Source: Octopus sinensis
Taxonomy: Eukaryota
Length of the DNA: 64,000 bases
Assembly (NCBI RefSeq): GCF_006345805.1
Contig: NC_043002.1
Coordinates: 42,904,001-42,968,000, forward strand
Direction of reading: 5' to 3'
The notes below the pieces were generated by a model, which was not told the origin of the DNA, did no database searches, and saw nothing but the letters and a program-made list of their open reading frames with translations. Of this stretch, positions 24,359 through 37,535 are shown piece by piece. A program made the position numbers and the translations under genes. Positions within the stretch are counted from its first letter, which is position 1. Each line of letters opens with the position of its first letter.

Positions 24359-25202
24359 TATATATATTCTTTTATTGGTTTCAGTCATTTGACTGCAGCC
24401 ATACTGGAGCACTACCTTTAGTCGAAGAAATTGATGCCAGGACTTATTCTTTGTAGGCCTAGTTCTTATTCTATCAGTTTCCTTTGCTGAACTGCTAAGT
24501 TACAAGAACATAAACACAGCAACATCGGTTGTCAAGTGATGGTGGGGGGACAAACACAGACACACAAACATATACACATGCATACATATATGTAACTGAA
24601 AGACTAACATGTATGTCTGTGTGTGTACATATGTGGTTATGTTTGTTGTAAAAAAAAAAAGGCCACCCTGTAAAGTGGTTGGCATCTGGAAGAGCATCCA
24701 GCCATAAAAACTGTGCCAAAGCAAATCTCATTAGTGCTGGTGCCTTGTAAAAAACACCCAGTCTACTCCGTAAAGCGGTTGGCGTTAGGAAGGTAGTTGG
24801 CATCCAGCCATAAAAACCATGTAAAAGCAAACAGTGGAACTTGGTGCAGTCTTCTGACATACTAGCTCCTACCAAACCATCCAATCGATGCCAACATGGA
24901 AGATAGATGTTAAATTATGATGATGGTAATGAAATGTGCTTACACTGTCGGAAACGAATATCACCATCATGATATTTTTGCAATTTTCCAAGAAAACATG
25001 TCTAATTTTCAAGAAATATTACCTTGCATGAAAATAGGTGAGCTGTAGAAAATCTGCCTGAGTAAATTCCATCTGTATCATGTAAGCATGGAAAAGTGGA
25101 CATTAAAATAATGGATGTGTGTATCTTGCATTGACATCATATCAAGAAAATCTAAATGAATCCTTATATATATATATATATAAGGATCCACTAATATTTC
25201 CT

Positions 25203-25630
25203 GCTGAAAAGTTCTTGGCTTTGGGTAAAAGAAAATACAAGAGGATCAGTTAATTATGATTTTATTCAACATATTCCCCTGTCAGATTCACACACTTATT
25301 GCAGTAGTCCTTCGGGTTTCCTAAGCCCAGTAAAAGAACTTGGAAGGTTGTGCCTCCAATTAGCCCTTTCATGATATCCTTAACCCTTTCAATACCAATC
25401 CAGCTGAAACTGCCTCTGACTCTGTAGTACAAATGTCTTGTTTTCAAAAGTTCTCAATTAGAATCTTCCACCAAATCTTAGTCACAATTTATGTTCCTAA
25501 CACTAGCTTAATAATAAATAAGTTATTTTACTAAATAACTTATTTAAACTTAATTGAAAGAAACACAAAGTATCTCAACAGAAATATGGTAACAAAAGGG
25601 TTAAAGCCAGAAACTTGTAAGCACTCTCTG
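25203..25630 (-). mobile_element. Mariner-derived MITE retaining the transposase C-terminus, split by a piggyBac-type MITE
   Basis: Matches 37536-37762 outside 25384-25600. The minus frame ends ...CNKCVNLTGEYVE*, like the mariner 'KC....G.YVE' C-terminus. Confidence 0.7.
25384..25600. mobile_element. piggyBac-type MITE
   Basis: TTAA|CCCTTT...AAAGGG|TTAA (TSD at 25380-25383 and 25601-25604). The empty site CCTTAAAGC is seen in the 37536 copy. A degenerate relative lies at about 6085-6266. Confidence 0.8.
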
Positions 25631-25887
25631 ATATATTTCCTTTTATATCAGTTACCATATGTTCTTTCATTCTATAGACTTATTGCAGCCCCAAATAATT
25701 CATAGCTTTATGAATATCTTTATGAATAAAGCGTAACCTGTGAACTATGCACGTCCTATTTTAGCATGCAAATGAAAAGATAATAAAATATGAAAACAGA
25801 AAATGAACACAACAAAATGTACTTAGTTTCTGTATAGATGTGTTGGAGACTAGCTGTGTACAGATTATGCAATTATGCATGTAATAG

Positions 25888-25936
<49 letters not shown>

Positions 25937-26899
25937 TTTTATTACCACTGTGTGTGAATGTGTATGCATATATGTATGCAAATGAGTGTGTTATGTTTAT
26001 ATAGGTGATATATAAACACACAGACTGTATGTAAATTATATCATGCATCTATATTACATGTAAATAATTATTTTATTAGTAGCACTAAAAAATTTTCCCA
26101 CATTCTCCAAGAGAACATTCAGTGCAGAAAAAAACTAGTAGATTTCAACATACGCTTCTACAGGGTTTTTTTATTTTTATTTTGTCTTAAAACGTTGCAT
26201 TCATTTCAATCACATGCTTAAACAGGCCATCACATATGTCTTATCTTTTATTTGTTTCAATCATTGGACTGCAGCCATACTAGGGCACTGCCGTGATGGG
26301 GCACCACCTTGAAGAATCTAAGTGGAACAAATCGACCCCAGTACTATTTGTTTTAAGCCTGACACTTGTTCTATAGGTCACTTTTGTCGAACCGCTACCT
26401 TACGGGGACGTAAACACACCAACACCGGTTGCCAAATGGTGGTGGTGGGGTACAAACACAGACGAGCTTCTTTCAGTTTGCATCTACCAAATCCACAAAG
26501 TGCCACGCAGTGGGACTGAATCCAGAACCATGTGGTTGGGAAACAATCTTACCACACAGCCACGCCTGCGCCTATATAAATACAGTGAAATTTCCCAGTT
26601 ACTAAAGTGTAATACAATAACATTGTAGCGATGGGCGTAACATAAAAATAGGCTAAAAGTAAACACATGCAAAGAGCAGTGTGATCTTGTGTGATCCTAT
26701 GTGATAAACGATACTTATGACGGAAGAAAAAATTGTGAGGATATGAGCAGTCATCAGACAGTCAGGAAACTGTACAAAAACAAACAATATGATTCTGTAC
26801 CATTACTGTGATTAAACGGTACAGGTTATTTGAGTATTATAGATGAGATGATTTGATTGAGAGCGAGACATATCTAGAGAGCCTCTGATTCGAGTCAAC

Positions 26900-27090
26900 G
26901 TGAGATCCTCTATGTTGTCGCACAACCTGCTAGAACTAGCAGTAAAAATATTTCCTAAACCACAACCTATCGTTAAAAAATTCAAGAGGAGACATAGGTT
27001 GATGTAGTGTTGAATAAACAAAAGCCTAGGCAGGACACTGATGGATATCAACGATCAAAGTTCTACTGGTTCATGGACGACATGGGATTA
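26900..27090. repeat. Representative of an old dispersed repeat family (core ...ACCTGCTAGAAATAGCAGCCAAATC...)
   Basis: Similar diverged segments in both orientations at about 13625-13780, 23805-23950, 27130-27300, 28770-28870, 31240-31640, 35180-35370, 39385-39580, 50735-50845 and 59280-59390. Confidence 0.55.
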
Positions 27091-28104
27091 TTCAACAACA
27101 GGTCAGTAGACGAACAGTAAGTTTAAGTAATAATCTGCGGTCACTGAGCGAAAGTATTGACAGACGGTTCAATCATCTCTGCGCATTTCAGACACGTCAG
27201 AGAACATCTCTATGGTCGTTCGGACTTCTAGAAATAACACTCAAATCTTTGACATCTTAAAAAAAGTGAACATTAGATAATGTATCCCTAGATACATCTG
27301 AAGAAGCAAAATAAAAGGATGGATGACCAGCGTTGGATCAAAAAGATTAGCACTTGGAGATAGCTCTCAAATATACTTTATCATAAAACCAATTCGGGAG
27401 TTATACATTCAACAAACTTAACTATGGAACGAAATCATAGATTTAATGAAAAGATTTAACATGACCAAACCGATTCAGTTCCTTTTTATTAGAGCTGAGC
27501 TGGGTTTGAACAGCAACATTAACAGCGACTCTAACAATTATGATTTTTTAAATTGGTACAAAGCCATCAAATGTTTATTCGGGGGTTGGGAGGGACGCTA
27601 CAGTCGAATAATAATCGATTCCAGTACTTGTCTGGTACATGTGTATTTCATCAATCTCGGAAAGATCGAAAAGTTGACTCCGACAGGATCTGAACTCAGA
27701 ATTTAAATGGTTTCAAATTTAGGAACAAGACCATCACTTTTAGGGGAGGGAGTTAATCGATTATATATATATATATATATATATATAATTTCCCAGTGTT
27801 CAACTGGTACTTATCTAATCAACCCCGAACGGATGAAAGGCAAAGTTGATCTAGGCAGAACTGAACTAAGAACTTAAAGAGGGCTGAAGAAAAGCCGCCA
27901 AAGCGTTTTTCCGATGCATTGGCATTTCTACTAGTTCGAATTAAATACCATCGGTAATAATGGATTCGTTGGTATTTCTGTAGACAGTCAAAGCAGAACT
28001 ATGTGGCTGACAAAATCCCAATACAGGATGGAAAGTGATTCAGCTAGACATAATTATTCTGTCCACGAAGATTGTATGTAAAGAAGTTTATCTCTAGTGA
28101 ACAC

Positions 28105-28253
28105 CAGGGTTGGCTCAAGGTACCGGCAACTCAGGCAGTCGCCCGGGGCGCCAAGGAGGGCGTGACAAAGACAAGGAAATTTCCACGACCGTCAGCTTGT
28201 AGACGCCGAAGTTCAGCTTGCTCAGGGCGCCAGCAATCCTAGGGCCGGCCCTG
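28105..28253. mobile_element. GC-rich hAT-type MITE
   Basis: TIRs CAGGGTTGGCTC / GGGCCGGCCCTG; imperfect 8-bp TSD GTGAACAC / ATGAACAG. Confidence 0.7.
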
Positions 28254-30832
28254 ATGAACAGGCCGCTGGATCGAACGGCGAAAATTTTGACACCATATTA
28301 CAAATAATTATATTAGTGGAGTTGATGGTCTTCGCGTGTTACTGAATAGCCAACTTGTCTGCCAAGCTGCAATCGCTTTAGTTTCAACACACTATCTCAG
28401 ATCAAAACACTTGCGTAATATAGATATATTGTTTCAACAGAATATGGCACTAATACAAATCAATTAACGCATTAAGTGAATACTGCATACTGTTATTTCT
28501 ACCACTTAACTCCACTTATAAACGAAAACTTGGAATGGTCACAATTAGAACTGGAATCAGTTCAGCCAGATAAGGTATGACATGAGGTTACTCAAAAACA
28601 GCTCATAAGCAGAGCCGTCTCAACAGCATTATAAGCCCCTACGCTTTTTTTGACAGCAATCCACAGTATACATACATCAGGATTGGGCCCCTAGACCTGC
28701 GAGGCTCCCGGACAGCAGTCCAGTATGGCTATAACTTAAGACGTACTGCTCGCAAGAACCACAAGTCAGTAGTAATCTGCGGTTTCATCTCTGCACATTC
28801 GGACAAATCGAGAAAAGACTGTATAGTCGTTAGGCCTGCTAGAAATATCAACCAAATCTTTCTACCACAGCGATGAAGGGGATGTTGACAAATACTAAAG
28901 CGATGTAAAACAAAATCAACACCAACCGGATTCGAACTCAAAATTTAAACGTAGAAAAGCGATTATATGTAAAATCGTTTTGCTACAATGCATTCTTCCA
29001 CGTTGTGCCCCGTTGTATCACGCTGAAATGATTTTTTGTTTGAAAGAATTCTTCCGTTGCTGAGACAGAGAAAAGACACTCCAAAGTTAGAAATAGATTA
29101 TACAGAGTGATACAGTATATATAAAGATTACAGAGGTAGATAGTGTTTATTTTTCTGCTTGTGGCCACGTGTGTTCGAGTGTGACGCTTAAAAAATTATA
29201 GAACGCAATCAAAGACCCAATCGAAACCTTTAACAAGGTAAACGTTTCCGAAAGTTACACAACGTTCGAGTATTTTACTTTCTAAAACCTTAGCTATGGA
29301 AAGAAATAGAAACGTAACCGATAGTTTTTAAATAATAGCACGAATATTATTTTGAAGATTACAAATTTATACATCAAAACAGAAACAAGATGCATTTATA
29401 AAACTTGGAATCCTCAGGGATCCCGCTCGCTAATAAAACAGCATCTAAGGATATTATTAAATGCATATCAATGTAAAATTATTATTATCATTATTTTAAT
29501 CCGATGATGTGGGACTTTGGACAGCTGTAAACAAATGTAAATAATTATTTCGTTAAAGGAAAAAAATATTTACCATATACAAATGCATTTCTTTCAAGTA
29601 AACACTTTTCTGCTGATCAACTGGTTAGAAATCTTGTTTTCAAGCAAGACACAACCACTTAAGGAGAAGAAAAAATAACATTCCAGCAAATAAATAAATT
29701 CACCAGTATAATTGTTGTTGTGATTGGTGAAGTAGTTAAGTTGTTGTTGTTGTAATCGAGGAAGTAATGAGTTTGGAGGTGTTTTTGTTATTTTGCGATA
29801 TAGTGAAAAGGAGGAGTGAGGTTGTTTTTGTACTTCAAGAACTTAGGAGTGGGTTGTTGTAATTAATAGAAGTGCTTGTAGTAGTGATGATCATGGTGTC
29901 AACATAGTAGTAGTAGTAGTAGTAGTAGTAGTTGTTGTTGTTGTTACTAGTGATGATATAAGGACATGTTGCTGTTACGATGTGGTTTAATCGTTGACGT
30001 TCCTCGTGTGATTATTATTATTTAGACCCGAATCAATCCTGACCGCAAAAGAACTGATCAAAAGGCATTCCAACCGCAACCAAACCCGTCTTTTCTCAAA
30101 TACAACCCAAACACAGAATTATCTAAATTCTTTTCCTTTAATATCACAGGGTGCAATTCAGCTGCCGTTTTTTTGTCACAGGTCGGCCAACCACGCAGAG
30201 GCCCCCACGTTGATATGATGTTGCTAATGATAGTGGCGATATTGTTTAAGTTTGAACGCAAGTCGACACTCGTTGAACAAAGATCAATTATCAAAGGCAG
30301 TCCGGATGTGACCATCACGTCTTTTTCAGCTCAACTAGATCGGATTATTTTAATGTCAGGGGCATGGTTTGATGGAGTTTTTAGCTGGTGTTTTTAGCAG
30401 TACCAGTAACCACATTCGCTTGGCTTGCTGTTTGATGATGACAACACTGGTTTTGATTATAGTGATGGAGGCGGTGGAGAGATCGTCCTTTATGGTAGTG
30501 GTAGAGACGAAGGCGGGGTTTAAAGTTGTTTATGTCGACGGCGGCGGGACGGGATAGTTTGCGATGATAGTGATGATAGCTTGTAATGGTGATACTGATA
30601 CAGTTAGTGGTGGTGGTGGTGGTGGTGGTGGTGGTGGTGGTGGTGGTGTGGTGGTGGTGGTGGCGGCGGCGGTGATACAGTTCGTGATGGTTGTGGATAA
30701 ATAGTTGTTTGTAGTGGCGGCAGCGGAGATGTAAATAGTGGTGGTAATATAGTTGCTTGTGTTGGTAATGATTGTAGTAGAAATATCGTTGATAGTAGGG
30801 AGGATAATGTCTGCAGTGGTGATGACGATAGA

Positions 30833-31061
30833 AGGCGACGAGCTGGCAGAAACGTTAGCACGCCGGACAAAAAGCTTAGCAGTATTTCGTCTGCCGCTGC
30901 GTCCTGAGTTCAAATTCCGCCGAGGTCGACTTGGCCTTTCATCCTTCGGGGTCGATAAATTAAGTACCAGTTACGCACTGGGGTTGATGTAATCGACTTA
31001 ATCCGTTTCTGTCCTTGTTTGTCCCCTCTGTGTTTAGCTCCTTGTGGGTAGTAAAGAAATA
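30833..31061 (+). mobile_element. SINE family B, full length
   Basis: GGCGACGAGCTGGCAGAAACGTTAGC head, GAGTTCAAATTCC B-box, central CCTTTCATCCTTCGGGGTCGATAAATTAAGTACCAG, tail CCTTGTGGGTAGTAAAGAAATA. Degenerate relatives at about 14331-14770, 27711-27935, 32920-33110, 41625-41840 and 56150-56360. Confidence 0.85.
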
Positions 31062-32862
31062 AGTAGTGATGGCGATGGTTGTTATCGTAGTGGTGAGGAT
31101 ATAGGTGGTGGTGATTGCGGATTGTCTGTAGTTTGGGTGGCGGTCATACAGTCGTTAGTGATAAGTATTGTTTTTTATTGAGCACACTGGATCCGATGTT
31201 GGTGGTTGTCGTCGTATACTTGGTTTTGGTGACGGGGATATATAGTTTATCTCTCGGTCAACTCTAATCGAATACATATGATCATATGTATTCCAGCCGT
31301 GACCATACTATATTTGGGCTGGACGAGGATCTCCGACTGCGTTATCTAATGTATGTCTATCCCAATATTTTTAAAACATCGATTTGAGAGAGATTTCACA
31401 GCTATTTTTAGCAGTTTAAACGATCACGTTAATGTGATTTGGAGGAGGTTACATTATTTAGCCCCATAGCTTTCCTAATCAAAAGTATTCCGACCCAGAT
31501 AACCCCGTCTTGTTTTACATCAGATACAACATTAACAAAGGTCTCCATTTTTTAAAGTCTGTGGTGTAATTTGAAGGGCATTAGGCTGTAATTTCTAGCA
31601 GCTTGAGCAACCTTTTACAAGCTCCCACGTTGTCGATGTATAAGACAGAGTGTGACGGGGATGTTGTGTTTATGACGGTAGTCGGCAGGTATTCGCTACT
31701 GGTGTTATTTTCTTTTAATTGTTTCAGCTAGTAAATTTGTAGTATGTTTATATGTTCCAGCTAGCGCAATGCTATACAAGCTACAACTTCTACTTTTTGT
31801 AAAACCCGCCAATAAGTGTTTTTATTTTATTTTCCCTTTTTTTTTAAGGCTTTCAGTCTTTATGTTACTTCAGTGGTTATGTGCAAACTGCACGGGGCAG
31901 AGCGTGGTGGGGAACATATATTAAAGCATTGAACGTATGCTGTTATGTTTAAGCACGAAGACGACTACTTTACGAAAGTAGAGACAAACATGTTGAAAGT
32001 ATGTAACGTTTTAAGAGAGGTTGACCAAGGATGGTCAAAACCAATTTTCCGCCGCTGTTATAGCTTAAATCCTCACCATGCTTCCGAGAGAAATTTTGCA
32101 AAGTTCAACAAGCATGAGGAGGATGTGGTCTCAAAGTTCAAGATGTTTTGTTATTTTTATTCTTTAGGGCGGGACAAGCAAATAATCATGAAGTCCCACC
32201 TGATCAATGTATATGTTGTAACTCACTTTTATAAGGTTCAGCCATCAAGTCGAAATCTGGAATTGGTTTTTGTGACTACTATATCCTTATTCAGGAATAC
32301 ACCTCTCAATGAAGTAATATTTATCCCCACCAAAAACGTGGATGTTCTCTTAGAATAAACAATATTGTGGTACCAAATCCACTCCGGCTCGAGGCTGTAA
32401 TAGACGACAGTTGCCAAGGTGCTACGCTGTGAACTGAACCCGGAACCATATGATTGGGAAGAGAGCTTCTTACCACACAGCTACGCCTGCGACAATTGAT
32501 ACTGTCAATAATTACATTAGGCTTTTTTAAACTACTTTGAATTTAATTATGCATCATTTAAAACAGTAAAAAGAGGTTCCTTTTTTTTTAAATTCATATA
32601 TAATTTGAATGCAAAGTGATTACATAACGTATAGTGTGTGAATACACATGGTTAATAAACATAGAAGTCAATGGGAAGTTCGTTACAGGATTCTGCGTTG
32701 CTGGATTCTGGGCGGGTTGCGGCGAGAATTTCAGGAACTGAACACTTTCGCAACTTAGTTTGCGTGTGCTTGAAGTTTCGCCAGGTATGACTTTCAAACT
32801 GAAATGAAGAATCATTCAACAAGTCTTAAATATAATTCTCTTTTATGAAGGAAATGAAACCC

Positions 32863-32876
32863 TGAGTCACGTGACT
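32863..32876. promoter_or_regulatory. Candidate overlapping AP-1 (TGAGTCA) and palindromic E-box/CLEAR-like site (AGTCACGTGACT)
   Basis: Perfect 12-bp palindrome at 32865-32876 within the CpG-retaining domain. Motif match only. Confidence 0.3.
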
Positions 32877-34489
32877 GTAAAGTGAAAATGTGTGTGCGAT
32901 TGATAAAATAAATAATTGTTTCAAATTTTGGCATAAGGCTAGCAATTTTAGGAGAGAGAGAGTAAGTTGATTACATTGACCCCTCCCCCGGGCTCAACTT
33001 GTACTTATTTTATCGCCCCCAAAAGGATAAAAGACGTAGTCAACCGCGATAGAATTTGAATTCAGAACGTAGGGAACTAGAAGAAATGCTGAATATTTTG
33101 TCCAACATACTACTAATACTACAAAATACTATTGCAAAATTACAACTGCATAAACATGGAAATTTATAGGCAAAACGAAACAGTGCAAACAGACGTACGA
33201 TTCCTTCATCTGGTGTCAATTAGAAATCATTACAATTTCAACACTTAAGACAATATTGTTCGTTTAAATATTGCTGATACAATGATATAGACGAGTGTGC
33301 ACGAAAAGTGAACAAAGGCAGGGTTGCTAACCAAAAGAAAAAAATACATGAAATTAACAGAGAATAATACAAAAAGGCTTACAGCCAAAACTGATACTAA
33401 TAAGTTGTGAGAAGAACAGGGAAATATAGATATGTGGTCTTACGGCTTAAAGAAACCAAATAAACAAGGAGATAACATACTTCGGACTAAGTGATGAATG
33501 AAGTGAAACATTGAGAAATTAGAATGCCTTACGGTATTTTAACAACAAACCGAGAGGTGAAAAAGACATCAAGTTGCTTGCGAAACGCGAAGCAAAGAAA
33601 TAAAAACGGAAGTACAAGAAAGAATGTAGAATTACTTTGTGGGCAGGGAGAGAGGTTGGAAATAGTAGCAGGTGAGTGAAAATAGAGAGATTGTGACAGA
33701 AAAGGGTAGGGAAAACCTAAGTCCTGGACAAGCTGATAGAACTTAGAGAATTAGGGAAAAGTGAGGGAGAAAAAAGATGATAGAAACAAACCGGTGACAG
33801 CGTGTCTGAAAATGGTGACGGTTATGGACAGCGATAGGATATAAGACAGAGAGATACAAGCAGATGAACAGACAGTGGCAAATAAGACCATAGATTCCTG
33901 GTCGCAGGCTGGAAAAAGAGCAGCTGCGTTGCATTACAAATGATATTGAAAAGTGTAGGACAAATAGATAAGGAAATTTACAAGTAAAAAGAAATAATAC
34001 AAACTGAAGTGCACAAGTGATCCCTTCATCAGTTGTCAATTGGAAGCCATAACAATTTTGGTACTAAAAACAATATTGTTCGTTCTAGCGGTCCCCACAA
34101 CTTAATTGCAAGGTTTCAAATGAGCGTGCGCGAGAAACGTACAAAGATAGGGTAAATAGTATATAGGTTTGGTAACAAATAAAATACAACACCAGCCGAA
34201 AAGACCATGCGAAAGATCTTACGACCACAGAACGTTAATAATAGTAATAATAAAACAAGTTCTAAGAAGTTCATGGAAAATACAAGACGTGCAACTCTAA
34301 TGACTTGTGCGAACCATTGGAATGAACAATATTTCTTAGGGGCCGAAATTCTGATGATTCCTGATGAAAGGATCAGACTTTTGCAAGTCTATTCGAGCTG
34401 GCTTTCGACTTTTCGTGTAAATTTCTTCATTATCCATTTATGCTACCTTCCCTATATGTGTGTATCCAGTGAAAGGACACTTGACTAAC

Positions 34490-34960
34490 AAAAATCATTC
34501 AGTTATGTTCCAGCTTCTACCCCACAGAAGTACTGCCTCGTCTCTTCTGCTTTTCTACCACTAATATAATGACCTCTGTTCCTCAGAGCAGACTGATAAC
34601 GGATCTACTCAAGCACTCCATACTCACTCGTCTTGCCTCCTTTCACTACCTGTGTTTTGTCTGCAGGCTCTACCCTAACCCCTATATCTAGTCCTGGCGC
34701 ATTGCATGTCAAAAATACGAGAGCTTTGGGGAGTGTTTTTTGGCAATAGGTGTCCTTGAAATTTCAGCTTTACTCGCAGTGCATCATTTGTTAGCGTCTT
34801 CCCAGCCTACCCTGCTCAATCTGCAAAAGACCCACATCTCAAAGGCGTCAATCTTTCTTTCTGTAGTTGTGTACATTGTTCAAGAACCTGTCTCATAAAG
34901 AACAACTGGCATAATTTCAGATGTCTTTTGAGGTGAAGGTCTTTTTCAGGAAAATCGCTG
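34490..34960 (-). pseudogene. Decayed RTE-clade LINE ORF 3' fragment
   Basis: The minus frame gives ERKIDAFEMWVFCRLSRVGWED...KLSYF*HAMR, matching the RTE/BovB-like 'KIDAFEMWC.RR...W' and 'KL.YFGH.MR' motifs. Contains stops. Confidence 0.75.
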
Positions 34961-35004
34961 TGAAGTTGGTCAACGGATAAATAGAGCTAAAACAACATTT
35001 ATAA

Positions 35005-35070
<66 letters not shown>

Positions 35071-35506
35071 TGGTGGGAGCAACAGAAATGTTGATCTTTA
35101 CAGTTTATAGAGAAAATAAGATCAAGGATGGGAGCGGAAAGTATAAACAAAATATGAAAATATGCAGATTGTTGTTGTTGATACATAGAACCGGGTCAGC
35201 TAAAAGGCCTTCCAGCTATGATTATACCGTCTTTCCGGTGCTTTTTTTTCTCTCCCAAACAGTTATTTTTAGAATGACATACGTCGTTCTTTTTAGACCA
35301 TACGATATGATTTGAAAGAGGTTTTACTATTATTTCTAAAGGGCTGTGCGACCACGCAGAAGGTCCCTTCTTGGTTCGAGGAGAAGGTTATTAATCTCCT
35401 TTTGAAATTATGAAAATAAAGTGATAAGCGTAAATAGGAGTGGTTATTAGGATATGATATATATATATATATATCTATATATATATATATATATCTATAT
35501 ATAATA

Positions 35507-35538
<32 letters not shown>

Positions 35539-35800
35539 CATAAATGTAAGATCCGGGGATCGAGGTGTAGGGAGAAAGTTAGCTTTAAGCAATCCGTAGT
35601 AAATATAAAAAACACTTCCAGAGACAATACTGGTTTATTGAGATGGAAGGCTGTGGATTTTTTTCGTATCGTAGCTGAAAAAAGTTCTTTTTTTTTTTAT
35701 CAGGGTTGCCGGATATACGAATAAGAATACAAGAGTTACGGAGTGGAGTAGGTAAGATCCGGGTTACATATGTTTCATAGCGAGCGGAACCTCAGAAGTG

Positions 35801-35864
<64 letters not shown>

Positions 35865-35866
<2 letters not shown>

Positions 35867-36112
35867 AGCACTCCGTCAGTTACGACGACGAGGGTCCCAG
35901 CTGATACGATCAACTGAAATTAACGTGCAAGGGAGATTCAGCGTGACAAGGCCGGCTCTTTGACATACAAGTACAACTCATTTTCGTTAGCTGAGTGAAC
36001 TGGAGCAATGTGAAATAAAGTGTCTTGCTCAAGGACAACGTGTCACCGGGAATCGAACTCACGACCTTACAACCGTGAGCCGAGTGCCCTAACCACTAAG
36101 ACACGCGCCTTC
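35865..36112 (-). mobile_element. tRNA-derived CORE-like SINE within TA microsatellites
   Basis: Minus strand GGCGCGTGTCTTAGTGGTTAGGGCACTCGG...GAGTTCGATTCCC...TCCTTGAGCAAGACACTTTATTTCAC. Relatives at about 53620-53830 and 58800-59000. Confidence 0.7.
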
Positions 36113-36119
36113 ACATTAT

Positions 36120-36207
<88 letters not shown>

Positions 36208-36256
36208 GAGCCTTTCTAGTGCAAAATCATCTAAATTGAAACCAGCATGGCCTTTC

Positions 36257-37520
36257 ATGGGGGATTGTCTAACATAGCTCCTCTACCACTTTGATGACAT
36301 CTTAAATACACTGACGGCTCCAACGCCGATCTCATATACCTTGATTTCAACAAGGCCTTTGACAGAGTCAACCACAATATACTGTTAAGGAAACTATCTA
36401 ACGCTGGAGTCAGTGGAAAGCTACTTCAATAGATTAAGTATTTCCTAAGAAACAGGACCCAGTATGTTGTGGTTGATGACATCCATTTAAGACCAGCAAT
36501 ATTCATCAGTGGAGCCCGCAATATACTGTGCTGAGTCCACTTCTTTTCATTGTCTATATAAATGACTGCGGATTCCACTGAACCAAGCACCATTCAAATA
36601 TTTGTAGATGACTCTAAGCTTCAGAAAGTCATTAAGGGAGCATATGATCGGACCTATGCGCAGTAATCCAGTGGGCACAAAAAACGATATGCAGCTGAAC
36701 GAAGAAAAGTTTGAGAAAAGAGGGCACACTCAAGCAACCATATACACTACAGTCGGGAGACCTACTTGAACCGTCGGATAATATCAGAGACTTGGGTGTA
36801 ACTGTCGACAGCAACCTTAGCTGAAGTGTGCACATCAATAAAAAAAAAAGTCGATGTTGCCCGCAGAATGTGCTCATGGATCCTCAGAACTTTTCAATCT
36901 AGGGATCACGAAACCATCATCCTTCTCTTCTCCACTTTCGCTAGGCCCCACCTCGAATATTGCTACCCATTGTGGTCCCCCTACGAAAAACAAGACATTA
37001 TGAGGATCAAAGCGGCACAAAAATAAATGGCATGACAGGACTTGGTTATTGGGCTCGATTTAAACAGCTAAAACTATTTTCTTTAACGCTGCCGTGAGTG
37101 ATACATTCTTTGCACTATGTGGAAAATATTCCACCAATATTATTCAAATGATATCGGTATTATGCTTACAATTCACCTAAGATTAGGCCCCCGTGCAATG
37201 CGTCCCCTACAAGGGTCGAGATCACATCACATAAGAACATTGCGGCATAATTTCTTCACTGCAAATGGTCCAGCTTTTTTCAATGTTATCCCGAAAGAAA
37301 TTATAGTTGAAAAAAAACCCTCAACTTTCAAACTGTACCTGGACAAATTCCTCCAGGAAATACCGGATGAACCACCTACACCTGGATACGTCTCTGCCAA
37401 CAACAGCTCTGCTTGAGTGGTCCATGATGTCCCGAAATAATTAATTAAAAGACTTTTCCAGGTGGTGCTATTGAGTTAGTGATAGCCCAAACTAATAATT
37501 GTCGAAACCAATCTAAGTTA
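36257..37520 (+). pseudogene. 5'-truncated, decayed CR1-group LINE (reverse transcriptase to 3' end)
   Basis: Translates NADLIYLDFNKAFDRVNHNILLRKL...LLQ*IKYFLRNRTQYVVVD, then IFVDDSKL (YADD equivalent), RDLGV.VD and FARPHLEYCYPLWSP. Multiple stops and frameshifts. Confidence 0.9.
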
Positions 37521-37535
37521 TCTATGTGATATATA

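Noticed and set aside
30530-30913. Mucin-like Thr/Pro-rich or poly-His ORFs
   Set aside because: They start inside a SINE B and run through trinucleotide microsatellite, with no splice or domain support.
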